64,000 bases of DNA from an uncultured Bacteroidia bacterium (GTDB lineage Bacteria; Bacteroidota; Bacteroidia; J057; JADKCL01), in the NCBI GenBank assembly GCA_964352215.1, contig CAYGRE010000016.1, forward strand, positions 419 to 64,418, in the 5' to 3' direction. Of this stretch, positions 45,395 to 54,628 are shown piece by piece. The position numbers were made by a program, and so were the translations under genes. Positions within the stretch are counted from its first letter, which is position 1; the number at the start of each line of letters is the position of its first letter. Under the pieces are notes generated by a model. That model was not told the origin of the DNA. It did not search any database and saw only the letters and a list, made by a program, of their open reading frames with translations.

Positions 45395-45847
45395 TTACAA
45401 GTCAGCCATGTCAACTGCAACAATACCATCGTTAATGCTGACCCTCGCCACTCCGACCAAAACATCTCCTTCATCAAAGATATTGATCTCGCCTACGGTA
45501 TGATCTCCGCTTTGTGGAGCATCGACCAGAACCACCATCAATTGGGTTCCTGTCGCATCCAACTGAGCCCCCATGAAAGCCTCTGGATACTCGGCGATAA
45601 ATGTCGTGTTCATGTCAAGGTCAATTGACCCGCCAGGAACATAGTAGTTAAGGCTTACAGTAATTGTGCTCTGATTGAGCTTCCATTCGATTCTCTGAAC
45701 CTGGGCATCCAGGGTCACCGCAGGAAGTTTCCCCCCTGTAAAGGCCATTAGGACCAATCCCAGAGCCATGCCCAGTGTGTTTCTTACAAATCTTTTTTTG
45801 CCCACCATGAAGCCTTGCTTCATGACAGTAATGCTTTGCTTTGTCAT
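45395..45847 (-). CDS. Hypothetical small exported protein
   Basis: 150 aa. A signal-like hydrophobic segment (LGMALGLVLMAFTGG) is followed by a beta-rich sequence. The start codon is uncertain. Confidence 0.45.
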   Translation of the reverse strand: MTKQSITVMKQGFMVGKKRFVRNTLGMALGLVLMAFTGGKLPAVTLDAQVQRIEWKLNQSTITVSLNYYVPGGSIDLDMNTTFIAEYPEAFMGAQLDATGTQLMVVLVDAPQSGDHTVGEINIFDEGDVLVGVARVSINDGIVAVDMADL

Positions 45848-46204
45848 GGATATAACGGTTAGTTAAAAAATGCGATTCCGGATCCCCAATGGGGACAGAC
45901 ACTCAGGCTATCATCCTGAGATATAAAAAACAATGATCCAATTCACAGTACGTCCCACCTCATAGAGGAAAAAGAATACTTCATCACCGAATTCATTTGG
46001 ATCACTGCATATTCAAAGCAAGGGAGCTAGTGCATACAATGGCTATAATTCATCTTTGTGGTCTATAATGGGTTTACTTTGTTAGGTACTATTATATACG
46101 TATATGGTTCGTTTGTGTTGCAAGAGTGAGTGATTTTCTTCACTTTTTTTTCACCTTTTTTTCGATCCGTATAGTTTGAAAGTTCAGTAATCAAAAACGA
46201 CCGG

Positions 46205-46990
46205 TTAACGGTCCGGGAAAAAGCCAAATACGGCACTTCCACTCCCCGTCATAGCTGCATAAACAGCTCCTTCCTGGTAGAGCTTCTCCACCTCCTGTTG
46301 TATACCCGGAATTCGAGGAAAGACGGACGTCTCAAGGTCGTTCAGCACACTTCCCCTCCAACTCGTTATTGGTTGCCGGAGCAGCTCCTTGAGCGGAGCC
46401 TCATGACTAATCGCAGCCAGGTCAAGACCTGCATAAGCTTCCGGGGTACCCGAGTGCCAGGATTGCGGCCGAACCTCCAGGCGATAGCCTTTCAGGTCAA
46501 TCTCCAGTATCTCAAACCGGTTTCCAATCCCGGTCGCATACAAAGGCTCTCCATAGATAAAGAATGGAACATCAGCCCCTAAAGGTTCCGCCAAGGCGGC
46601 AAGATCATCTCTGGAAAGCCCCAGATCGTACAACAGGTTGATTGCCAATATTACCCCTGCCGCATCGGAAGAACCTCCTCCCAGGCCTGCTCCAGAAGGA
46701 ATCCCTTTTTGAACAACTACCTTAACTCCCTCCACTTGATTCGGATAGTGATCAGCCAGCAAGCGCCACGCTTTCCAGACCAGATTCTTCTTCAGCGGCA
46801 CATCCTCCTTGAAGCCTGGCATTTCTACTGAACAATTATTTCCATCGGCCTTTTCTACCCTCAAATCATCAAAAAGTTCCGGGACAGGGTAGAACAGTGT
46901 TTCCAGCAAATGGTATCCATTCGGGAGACGCCCCATGATATGAAGCCCTAAATTGATCTTCGCTATACATCTTAGTTCGATCTGGTTCAT
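46205..46990 (-). CDS. ispE: 4-(cytidine 5'-diphospho)-2-C-methyl-D-erythritol kinase
   Basis: 261 aa. AKINLGLHIMGRLPNGYHLLETLF and the GHMP kinase motif IPSGAGLGGGSSDAA. Confidence 0.9.
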   Translation of the reverse strand: MNQIELRCIAKINLGLHIMGRLPNGYHLLETLFYPVPELFDDLRVEKADGNNCSVEMPGFKEDVPLKKNLVWKAWRLLADHYPNQVEGVKVVVQKGIPSGAGLGGGSSDAAGVILAINLLYDLGLSRDDLAALAEPLGADVPFFIYGEPLYATGIGNRFEILEIDLKGYRLEVRPQSWHSGTPEAYAGLDLAAISHEAPLKELLRQPITSWRGSVLNDLETSVFPRIPGIQQEVEKLYQEGAVYAAMTGSGSAVFGFFPDR

Positions 46991-47050
46991 TCCTGCAAAG
47001 GTAATTAGTGATCCCCTCCGATTAGCAAGAAAATGTATTAAATTCGCGGG

Positions 47051-48244
47051 ATGAAAGGATCAGATCGGCTAGATGCGTTATCAGAATCAGCAACCCTTGC
47101 AATGTCCAAACGGGTCAGGGAACTCATCGCTCTTGGACAAGACATCATTGGCTTGACATTAGGTGAACCGGATTTTGACACCCCTGATCATATTTGTGAG
47201 GCTGCAATCCAGGCCATACGAGAAAGTGATACCCACTATCCCCCAGTCGCCGGGAAACCGGAGTTGCGCAACGCCGTAGCCCAACGTTACCAAAAAGAGC
47301 TGGGCCTCTCATATACCGCAGCCAATGTCATGGTTTCAACGGGCGCAAAGCAATCCCTGGTAAACGTAATCATGTCACTGGTCAACCCCGGCGAAGAGGC
47401 AATCTTGCTTGCCCCTTATTGGGTTTCCTACCTGGAAATGCTGAAAATGGCCGAAGCCGTACCCGTTACCGTTCAAACTGGTATCGAAACGGGGTACAAG
47501 CTAAAACCTTCAGATCTGGAGGCCGCCATTACTCCCAACACCAAGCTCATTATCTTCAACAATCCCAGCAACCCTACCGGGGCCAATTATACCCGCGAGG
47601 AACTGGAAGGAATTGTCAGCGTTCTGGAGAAATACCCACACGTATATATCATCTCGGATGAGATATACGAGCATATCACCTACGGGCATGCAGCTATATC
47701 TATGGCCACATTTCCGAGCATCTTCGACCGCGTCGTGATCATCACCGGAGTTTCCAAGGCTTTCGCCATGACAGGATGGCGAATTGGGTTTACCATCGCT
47801 CCGGAGTGGCTGATTTCCCTGTGTGACAAATACCAGGGGCAGATAACCTCAGGTGCCAGTACCATTTCACAGAGAGCGGCCATTGCAGCTGTCTCTGGGA
47901 ATATGGAACCTACTGAAGCTATGCGGAAAGAATTCGAGCAGCGTAGAGCTTTTGTTTATGCCGCCTTACAGGAGATTCCCGGAATGAAGACCTACCTCCC
48001 GGAAGGAGCATTTTATTTCTACCCTGATCTCTCCGGATTCATTGGCAGAACCGCTCCGAATGGCGAAAAGATAGCTGATATTGAAGACCTCAGTTCCTAT
48101 ATCCTCGATGTAGGCGGACTGGCAGTTATCCCCGGTACAGCATTTGGAACCGATACCCATATCCGGATTTCCTATGCCTATGAGATGCACTCCCTTGAAG
48201 AAGCCATGAAACGATTAAAGTCTTGCCTGGGAAAATTAAAATAA
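47051..48244 (+). CDS. Class I pyridoxal-phosphate-dependent aminotransferase (aspartate aminotransferase type)
   Basis: 397 aa. GEPDFDTP, NPSNPTG, PLP-lysine context GVSKAFAMTGWRIG, and R near the C-terminus (IRISYA). Confidence 0.9.
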   Translation: MKGSDRLDALSESATLAMSKRVRELIALGQDIIGLTLGEPDFDTPDHICEAAIQAIRESDTHYPPVAGKPELRNAVAQRYQKELGLSYTAANVMVSTGAKQSLVNVIMSLVNPGEEAILLAPYWVSYLEMLKMAEAVPVTVQTGIETGYKLKPSDLEAAITPNTKLIIFNNPSNPTGANYTREELEGIVSVLEKYPHVYIISDEIYEHITYGHAAISMATFPSIFDRVVIITGVSKAFAMTGWRIGFTIAPEWLISLCDKYQGQITSGASTISQRAAIAAVSGNMEPTEAMRKEFEQRRAFVYAALQEIPGMKTYLPEGAFYFYPDLSGFIGRTAPNGEKIADIEDLSSYILDVGGLAVIPGTAFGTDTHIRISYAYEMHSLEEAMKRLKSCLGKLK

Positions 48245-49221
48245 TATCCACAACTGATCGGATCAATTTCGAAAAGCGAATTCCGGATCTGCACGTCATG
48301 GTCATTGGTGACCTGATGCTTGACCGTTACCTGTGGGGAAACGTACACCGAATCTCACCTGAAGCCCCTGTTCCCGTGGTTGATATCAACCAATCTGAAG
48401 ACCGTCCCGGTGGAGCGGCAAACGTTGCCTTGAACCTGAAAGCCATGGGAGCAAGCGTTACAGTGGCTGGTGCCATTGGAAACGACCCTGATGGAGTTAT
48501 CCTCAAAAAACTCCTTGAAAATAATGGGTTTGAAACAAAGGCGGTCATTACCGATCCTGATCGAGTGACTACCACCAAAACCAGAATCCTGGGCAACCGC
48601 CAGCAGATGCTGAGAATTGACCGGGAGCAAAAAGACAGCCTCAGCCCTGAATGTCGTAAAACCCTGCTCAAACTGGCTCTGGATTCTTTGGAAAAAGTTG
48701 ATGTCCTGATTTTCGAAGATTATGACAAAGGCGTGATTACCCCCGATCTCATTGAGGAATTGATCTCACGTTGCAATGAAAAAAATATTCCAACCATCGT
48801 TGATCCTAAGTTCAACAATTTCTTCTCCTACGCGGATTGCACTCTTTTCAAACCTAATCTGAAAGAATTGAACGACGGATTGGGCTTGCAAGTCAAGAAT
48901 ACCAACTTAAAAGGTATCCAAGGGGCTGTCAAAGAATTGCGCAAAAGAATGCCTCATCAAAATACCCTGATTACACTGAGTGAAAACGGCGTTCTGGCGG
49001 TCGGACAATATGAAGATTTTCATATCCCGGCCCACTTCCGAAAGATCACTGATGTTTCGGGAGCTGGAGATACGGTAGTGGCCCTGATGGGACTGGCCCT
49101 CGGCGCCAGGCTTTCCTTGCAAACTGCCGCATCAATTGCCAATCTTGGTGGAGGGCTGGTCTGCGAAGAGGTCGGAGTTGTCCCCATTGACCGCAACAAA
49201 CTCCTCCAGGAATTGGCCTAA
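48223..49221 (+). CDS. D-glycero-beta-D-manno-heptose-7-phosphate kinase (RfaE/HldE domain I; PfkB family)
   Basis: VMVIGDLMLDRYLWGNVHRISPEAPVPVVD is the characteristic RfaE domain I N-terminus. PfkB C-terminal motif DVSGAGDTVVA. The TTG start at 48223 overlaps the aminotransferase by 22 nt and is uncertain. Confidence 0.85.
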   Translation: MPGKIKIISTTDRINFEKRIPDLHVMVIGDLMLDRYLWGNVHRISPEAPVPVVDINQSEDRPGGAANVALNLKAMGASVTVAGAIGNDPDGVILKKLLENNGFETKAVITDPDRVTTTKTRILGNRQQMLRIDREQKDSLSPECRKTLLKLALDSLEKVDVLIFEDYDKGVITPDLIEELISRCNEKNIPTIVDPKFNNFFSYADCTLFKPNLKELNDGLGLQVKNTNLKGIQGAVKELRKRMPHQNTLITLSENGVLAVGQYEDFHIPAHFRKITDVSGAGDTVVALMGLALGARLSLQTAASIANLGGGLVCEEVGVVPIDRNKLLQELA

Positions 49222-49288
49222 GACTCAGATATAAGTCTATTATAAGCTATTGTGCCTGCAAAGGCTTTCCTTTTTCCAAGACTCCCTC

Positions 49289-49296
49289 TATTTTTG
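49289..49296 (+). promoter_or_regulatory. Candidate TAnnTTTG -7 element upstream of metF
   Basis: TATTTTTG lies 19 nt upstream of the metF ATG. Confidence 0.35.
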
Positions 49297-49314
49297 TTGC
49301 CTTATTAAAACCAC

Positions 49315-50271
49315 ATGAAAGTAACGGAACATCTCGATCGCGCTACAAACCCGCTTATCAGTGTAGAGATTATCCCTCCGCGCAGAGGGATAAATATCCA
49401 AAAGCTATACGACGCGATCGAATCCATTCGCCCTTTCAATCCCCCTTTTATCGACGTTACCAGCCATTCAGCTGAGGTCATCTGGGATGAAATGAAGGAC
49501 GGTACCTTTAAGCGACGCGTCAAAAGGAAAAGCCCTGGCACTTTTGGACTATGTGCAGCCATCAAATATAAATACGGCATCGACCCTGTCCCACACATGC
49601 TCTGTAACGGGTTTACCAAGGAAGAGACCGAGGACGCCCTGATCGAGCTGAACTACCTCGGAATCGAAAATGTCCTGGCGATTCGCGGAGATTCAAAAGT
49701 TAAGAAGAATGAGAGGCCAGATCGCTCCGTTAATACTTATGCCATGGACCTCGTGGAACAGGTACACGGTCTCAACCACGGCCAATACATCGATGACCTC
49801 ATTGATGCAGCGCCGACTGACTTCTGCGTTGGCGTTTCCTATTACCCGGAAAAACACTTTGAAGCCCCCAATCTTGAATTCGACATCAATGTATTGAAGC
49901 AGAAACAAGATAAAGGTGCGGACTATGCCGTCTCTCAAATGTTTTTCAACAATGAGCATTTCCACAACTTCAGTAAAAAATCCAAAGAGGCGGGAGTTAC
50001 CATTCCGCTTGTCCCTGGCTTGAAAATACTCACCCTACAGAAACACCTGACTTCCATTCCAAGTATATTCCACGTTGAGATTCCGCAAGAGCTTACTGAG
50101 CGGATGATGAAGGCGGACACAAGGGAGAAGAAAATGGACATTGGGATCGACTGGGCCTACAAGCAGACCATTGACCTGCTTGAAAATGGAGCACCCTGTG
50201 TCCACTTCTACATCATGCAAAACACAACTCCCTTTATCAAACTGATGGAAAAGCTCAAGAAGCACCTGTAA
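49315..50271 (+). CDS. metF: 5,10-methylenetetrahydrofolate reductase
   Basis: 318 aa. ISVEIIPPRRG, VTSHS, CAAIKYKYGIDPVPHM.C, LAIRGD, ADYAVSQMFF. Confidence 0.9.
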   Translation: MKVTEHLDRATNPLISVEIIPPRRGINIQKLYDAIESIRPFNPPFIDVTSHSAEVIWDEMKDGTFKRRVKRKSPGTFGLCAAIKYKYGIDPVPHMLCNGFTKEETEDALIELNYLGIENVLAIRGDSKVKKNERPDRSVNTYAMDLVEQVHGLNHGQYIDDLIDAAPTDFCVGVSYYPEKHFEAPNLEFDINVLKQKQDKGADYAVSQMFFNNEHFHNFSKKSKEAGVTIPLVPGLKILTLQKHLTSIPSIFHVEIPQELTERMMKADTREKKMDIGIDWAYKQTIDLLENGAPCVHFYIMQNTTPFIKLMEKLKKHL

Positions 50272-50315
50272 AACCTTGTTATTGGCCCTTGATTCTTTGA
50301 TCTTTGACTTAGAGC

Positions 50316-51575
50316 ATGAGGCAAATTCTCCTATATCTCGAAGGAATCAGAACAGCTGTTAAATCCTTGAGGGCGCATAAATTGCGTACCACATTAACTA
50401 TGCTGGGCGTTGCAATCGGAATTTTTGCCATCACCATCATTTTCACCCTTGTCAATTCTCTCAACTACAACCTCAACAGCAATCTCAGCAGACTTGGAAA
50501 TTCAGTTCTCTTTGTGCACCACTTTCCCTGGTCAAGCGAAAGCTTTAACAACTGGCAAAAGTACGTAAAGAGGCCGAAGATGAGCTACAATGAGTTTCTA
50601 AAACTCAATAAGAACCTGGAGCATGTCGAAGGAGTCTGTTATGACGTTCGGGTCAATGGGCAAACCATTAAGTACAAAAGTGAATCAGTCAATTCCGTTG
50701 AAGTAAGATGTGTTACCGGAAAATACATCGATCTGAACGGATGGGAAATTGGAGACGGTAGGCCCTTTACAGAACTGGAAGTTGAAGCAGGTCGACCAGT
50801 GTGTGTACTTGGATACAACGTGGCAGAAAAGCTATTTGGTGACTTTTCCCCTATTGGAAAGGATGTAAAACTCAAAGGACGAAAACTGAGAGTTGTAGGA
50901 GTTGTAGAGAAATCCGGTACCAATATGTTTGGAAGTACGCCTGACGACCTTTTCTACCTGCCATACGCCTATTCCACCCGGATTTTTGACATGGACAACC
51001 GGCGCCTGGACAAATTCATTATGGTAAAGGCCTTGGGAACGGCACAGATTGATGAGATTGAAAATGACATTATAGGCCTTCTAAGAGCTTCTCGTGGACT
51101 ACGTCCTAAAACGGAAAACGATTTCAGCATCAACAGACCGGAGATGCTCATGGATGTATTCAGCGATGTCACAAAATACCTTTGGTATGGCGGATTGTTC
51201 ATTAGCTTTTTTGCAGTCGTAGTAGGTGGCTTCGGAATAGGCAACATAATGTTCACTACTGTAAAAGAGAGAACCTTTGAGATCGGATTACAAAAAGCAC
51301 TGGGTGCAAAAAAAGCATTTATCCTCTTTCAATTCCTGATGGAATCGGTAATCCTGTGTCTGCTTGGCGGTTTCATCGGCCTCCTGCTCAACTTCGGAGC
51401 TTCTACCCTGTTACAAGCTGCAATTGACTCCATGCAGGTTAATTTTGAAGTGGTTGTTTCAGCAGAAAGTATCGCTTTTGGCGTCATCCTTTCCCTCGTC
51501 ATTGGTCTCGGTTCCGGACTCATTCCCAGCACGATAGCCTCCCGCATGGATCCGGTTGAATCCATGCGAAAATAA
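50316..51575 (+). CDS. ABC transporter permease, MacB/FtsX-like
   Basis: 419 aa. N-terminal TM segment, a large periplasmic MacB_PCD-like domain, then a C-terminal FtsX block (ERTFEIGLQKALGAKK..) with three TM segments. Confidence 0.85.
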   Translation: MRQILLYLEGIRTAVKSLRAHKLRTTLTMLGVAIGIFAITIIFTLVNSLNYNLNSNLSRLGNSVLFVHHFPWSSESFNNWQKYVKRPKMSYNEFLKLNKNLEHVEGVCYDVRVNGQTIKYKSESVNSVEVRCVTGKYIDLNGWEIGDGRPFTELEVEAGRPVCVLGYNVAEKLFGDFSPIGKDVKLKGRKLRVVGVVEKSGTNMFGSTPDDLFYLPYAYSTRIFDMDNRRLDKFIMVKALGTAQIDEIENDIIGLLRASRGLRPKTENDFSINRPEMLMDVFSDVTKYLWYGGLFISFFAVVVGGFGIGNIMFTTVKERTFEIGLQKALGAKKAFILFQFLMESVILCLLGGFIGLLLNFGASTLLQAAIDSMQVNFEVVVSAESIAFGVILSLVIGLGSGLIPSTIASRMDPVESMRK

Positions 51576-51681
51576 GCCTTTCAGGTTGACACAGGCTGTC
51601 AAACCCCTATCGTATATTATAGTAGAGAGTCACCTTTAACAGAAGGCATGAGTCTACTATTGTTCAACGAAATCAACCTCA

Positions 51682-51834
51682 ATGACAAAAGAGAAAACGT
51701 CGATCAAAGCAAATGAAGATTTTGTCAATCTGCTGCATGAATTTTCATTCCATTTGATAAGCAAAATGGAGGAATTCGCCCAATATGCTATCCTGATGGA
51801 GCGGCTATTACGTGATAGTGGAACCCTGTTCTGA
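51682..51834 (+). CDS. Possible 50-aa small protein (below the track cut-off)
   Basis: ATG...TGA encodes MTKEKTSIKANEDFVNLLHEFSFHLISKMEEFAQYAILMERLLRDSGTLF. Helical-looking, in an otherwise empty 420-bp gap. No homology support is available. Confidence 0.25.
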   Translation: MTKEKTSIKANEDFVNLLHEFSFHLISKMEEFAQYAILMERLLRDSGTLF

Positions 51835-51994
51835 CTAGTCTGGAGTATGGACAGATCGTGTTGGATAAATTTAATACTGCTTTGGGTACTACTGTAATGT
51901 GTAGTGAATCAGGAACTTAAGATATTCATTCTCAGTTTGTCCCCTTTTTAAAATCCGTCTATATTGCGTAAGAAGAATAACCAATACCAAGTAT

Positions 51995-52459
51995 ATGAAC
52001 AGAATTACTCCTAAACTTCTCCTGCTCTCCATCTTATGTCTCTGTTTTGGCAGCCAGGTTTCTGCGCAGAAATCAAAATACCAAGGCATCCAGGGACTAG
52101 GTTATCTACATACCCAGGTGACCATCTTGATCGAAAATTGGGAAACCCATCCCTTATCAGAAATAGGTCTGGACGTATTTGAGGAAGAATATAAGCAGCA
52201 CTTCATCGAAGAGATTGAACACGACGAGGAGTGGGTCGAATTCATGTTGGTTGAAGACAACCTGCTCTTTCAATTTGACAGCCATATTGATGCGAAGGTG
52301 GAAGAAGCCATTGAAAACAACTTGGGTTTCTACCACAAAGTCATCCAAATGATAAGGGAGCCCGATTCAATGGAAGCCTCACTAGATGTATTAAAAGGTG
52401 ATCTCCAGCAAGCAGATTCCAATCTTTACGATATCATTTATCCAGCCATCTGTAAATAG
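51995..52459 (+). CDS. Hypothetical small secreted acidic protein
   Basis: 154 aa. Signal peptide (LLLLSILCLCFGSQVSAQ). No recognised domain. Confidence 0.5.
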   Translation: MNRITPKLLLLSILCLCFGSQVSAQKSKYQGIQGLGYLHTQVTILIENWETHPLSEIGLDVFEEEYKQHFIEEIEHDEEWVEFMLVEDNLLFQFDSHIDAKVEEAIENNLGFYHKVIQMIREPDSMEASLDVLKGDLQQADSNLYDIIYPAICK

Positions 52460-52511
52460 AAACCCGGATCAACCCTTGATATTCCAACTCTCATTGTAGG
52501 GAGTTTTACAT

Positions 52512-52546
52512 AAAAGAGGCTGCCTCATCGCTAGGCAGCCTCTTTT
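52512..52546. terminator. Bidirectional rho-independent terminator between convergent genes
   Basis: AAAAGAGGCTGCCT-CATCGCT-AGGCAGCCTCTTTT. A 10-bp GC-rich stem flanked by an A-run and a T-run. Confidence 0.85.
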
Positions 52547-52568
52547 AATATTTGTGTGAATCTGTCGA

Positions 52569-54437
52569 TTACTTGACAGTGATTCGCTGTACAAAGCGAC
52601 CTTCTACACCGCGCACTTCTACGAAGTATACACCACTAGACAGATCAGAAACGTTGATCTTAGCGATATCGGAGTTAGATGGGATCACTTGGTTGATCAG
52701 GGTACGGCCTTGAACATCGGTAACCCGTACGTCCAGGTCAGCATGGAGACCTGAAGTCACAGCTACATTGATGTAGTCTTGTGCAGGAACAGGATAAACT
52801 GAGATGTCAGCACGAAGCTCATCTTCAACACTGATCATGGTAGGAGTACCAAAAACAGCGCGCAGTACATAGGCAACATTGAAGTTAAAGTCTTCGCTGT
52901 TAGACCATGAACCGTTGAAGAATACCCAGCCTTTGGTAGGCGTAAATACCTGGTTGGATGTTCCCAAAGTCAGGACACCTGCAACAGTTTCTTCCAATCC
53001 AAGGAAGTAGGTAGTACCAGCACTCAGTGCAACTCCACCTGGGAAAGCCAAATCATAAATCTGGCCAGTGGTATCAGTGATAATCAAATCTTCTGAAGTA
53101 GCGATTGGAGCACCTGCAGGAGGCATTCCAGCACCACCCATAGGGATGACAACCGCATGTACAGTATCACCGAGATCAGGATTACTCAACCAGAAGCTGG
53201 CGTGGGTCAGTGTGGCAGCTGTAACGATGTCAAATTCCTGACCAATGAAACCAGGAGCGGTTGCACCAATGGAAAGCGCACCGGTAACATTACTGTTGTC
53301 ACGTGCATAAGTACTGTCATCTACTGAGAAATTGCGAGTCAGCGTATCATTGGAGTTGTCCGGATCCGGAGTGCCAGAAGTAGCCCAATATGCAACACTG
53401 TAATTGTCAGCAGCAGCAGGAGGAGTGTAAGTACCAACTGAAAGGAGGGTATCAGTAAATGCAGCCAAAGCAGCTACAGTTGAATTACCGGTGTAAACAG
53501 AACCAGCAGCACCATCAAACACTTCCACATTGAAAGCTGCGTTGTTAAGCGTAGTAGCACCATTGTTCTCAATAGCTCCGGAGAAGGTCATGGCCTGAAT
53601 CTGATCGATGGGAACAATTGGATATTCTCCAAAAGAAGCTGAAACCTGACGCATGTCGCCACCAGAAACCAATCCAAGGAAGATATTGTCTACCAGGAGG
53701 AGGTTGTCATCATCGGAATCGTGTACATAAGCAATCCGGACGGTAGTGTTGTTGTAGGCTGACATAGGCACAACCCATGTTTCAAGCACACCACGTGTAC
53801 CATTGTAGCTGGAATGAACCCAACCCGGACCAGGAGTACCAGCACCACCACCTACGTCCTCAGCAAGTACAGCGAGAGTATCGGTGAAAGAAGCGAAAGT
53901 CGTGTCCGCGGTTGGAGAGCAAAGTACCTTGTAACCATCTGCAAATCCAGGTCCTTCAAAAGGAGCTGATTGCCACTGAAGAAGAACAGCAGGGTCACAA
54001 ATAGCAACGGAGTCAAGAATCAACCAGTTGTTGGCCTGGGCAAAAGGAGTGAACCAAGAGGAAGACGCGGCTACCCAATTGGTATCAGTACCAGTAGTCG
54101 TTTCAAGATCTGCAGTGATAAACCAATCCTGAGGACGTCCATTTGCATCAGTGTTACCGTCAACATCAATGTTCAGCCAAGAAGCAGGGATTGTCTGTGA
54201 TTGAAAATCTTCGAAAAGAATAGTATCACAGGTGCCAGCAGCTGCTGAAGAGGCATTGATGATGGGTCCCAGTACATGGATACCCTGACGCTCAAAGGAG
54301 TAGTTTCCAGGGATAGCATCCTCAATGGTGCTGGCCTGAGTTCCACGTACCTGAATTGGACGTTGGGCAAACATTGTACTGCCCATTAAAAAGGCAGCAA
54401 GCAAGCAAAAGACAGCTTTTGCGTTGAAATTTCTCAT
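52569..54437 (-). CDS. Secreted choice-of-anchor-J-like protein with a type-A T9SS C-terminal sorting domain
   Basis: 622 aa with a signal peptide. FEDFQSQTIPASWLNIDVDGNTDANGRPQDWF resembles the choice-of-anchor J/MAM-like module. C-terminal tail ISVYPVPAQDYINVAV...VRVTDVQGRTL..VSDLSSGVYFVEV. Confidence 0.8.
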   Translation of the reverse strand: MRNFNAKAVFCLLAAFLMGSTMFAQRPIQVRGTQASTIEDAIPGNYSFERQGIHVLGPIINASSAAAGTCDTILFEDFQSQTIPASWLNIDVDGNTDANGRPQDWFITADLETTTGTDTNWVAASSSWFTPFAQANNWLILDSVAICDPAVLLQWQSAPFEGPGFADGYKVLCSPTADTTFASFTDTLAVLAEDVGGGAGTPGPGWVHSSYNGTRGVLETWVVPMSAYNNTTVRIAYVHDSDDDNLLLVDNIFLGLVSGGDMRQVSASFGEYPIVPIDQIQAMTFSGAIENNGATTLNNAAFNVEVFDGAAGSVYTGNSTVAALAAFTDTLLSVGTYTPPAAADNYSVAYWATSGTPDPDNSNDTLTRNFSVDDSTYARDNSNVTGALSIGATAPGFIGQEFDIVTAATLTHASFWLSNPDLGDTVHAVVIPMGGAGMPPAGAPIATSEDLIITDTTGQIYDLAFPGGVALSAGTTYFLGLEETVAGVLTLGTSNQVFTPTKGWVFFNGSWSNSEDFNFNVAYVLRAVFGTPTMISVEDELRADISVYPVPAQDYINVAVTSGLHADLDVRVTDVQGRTLINQVIPSNSDIAKINVSDLSSGVYFVEVRGVEGRFVQRITVK

Positions 54438-54628
54438 ACTCTAGTATATAATTGAATCCTAAAAAAACAAACTCGTTTGGCACAGCTACCCTAACAGGCA
54501 ACAATACCAATCCCAAATGTAAGAAATATTCGCATTTTTCCCATTCATGAGGCTTTTGTGTATACAATTTCCTATTTTGGTCTCTCAAGGATCAATCACT
54601 GCTTATTTAAGCTGTTGGCCAGGAAAAG

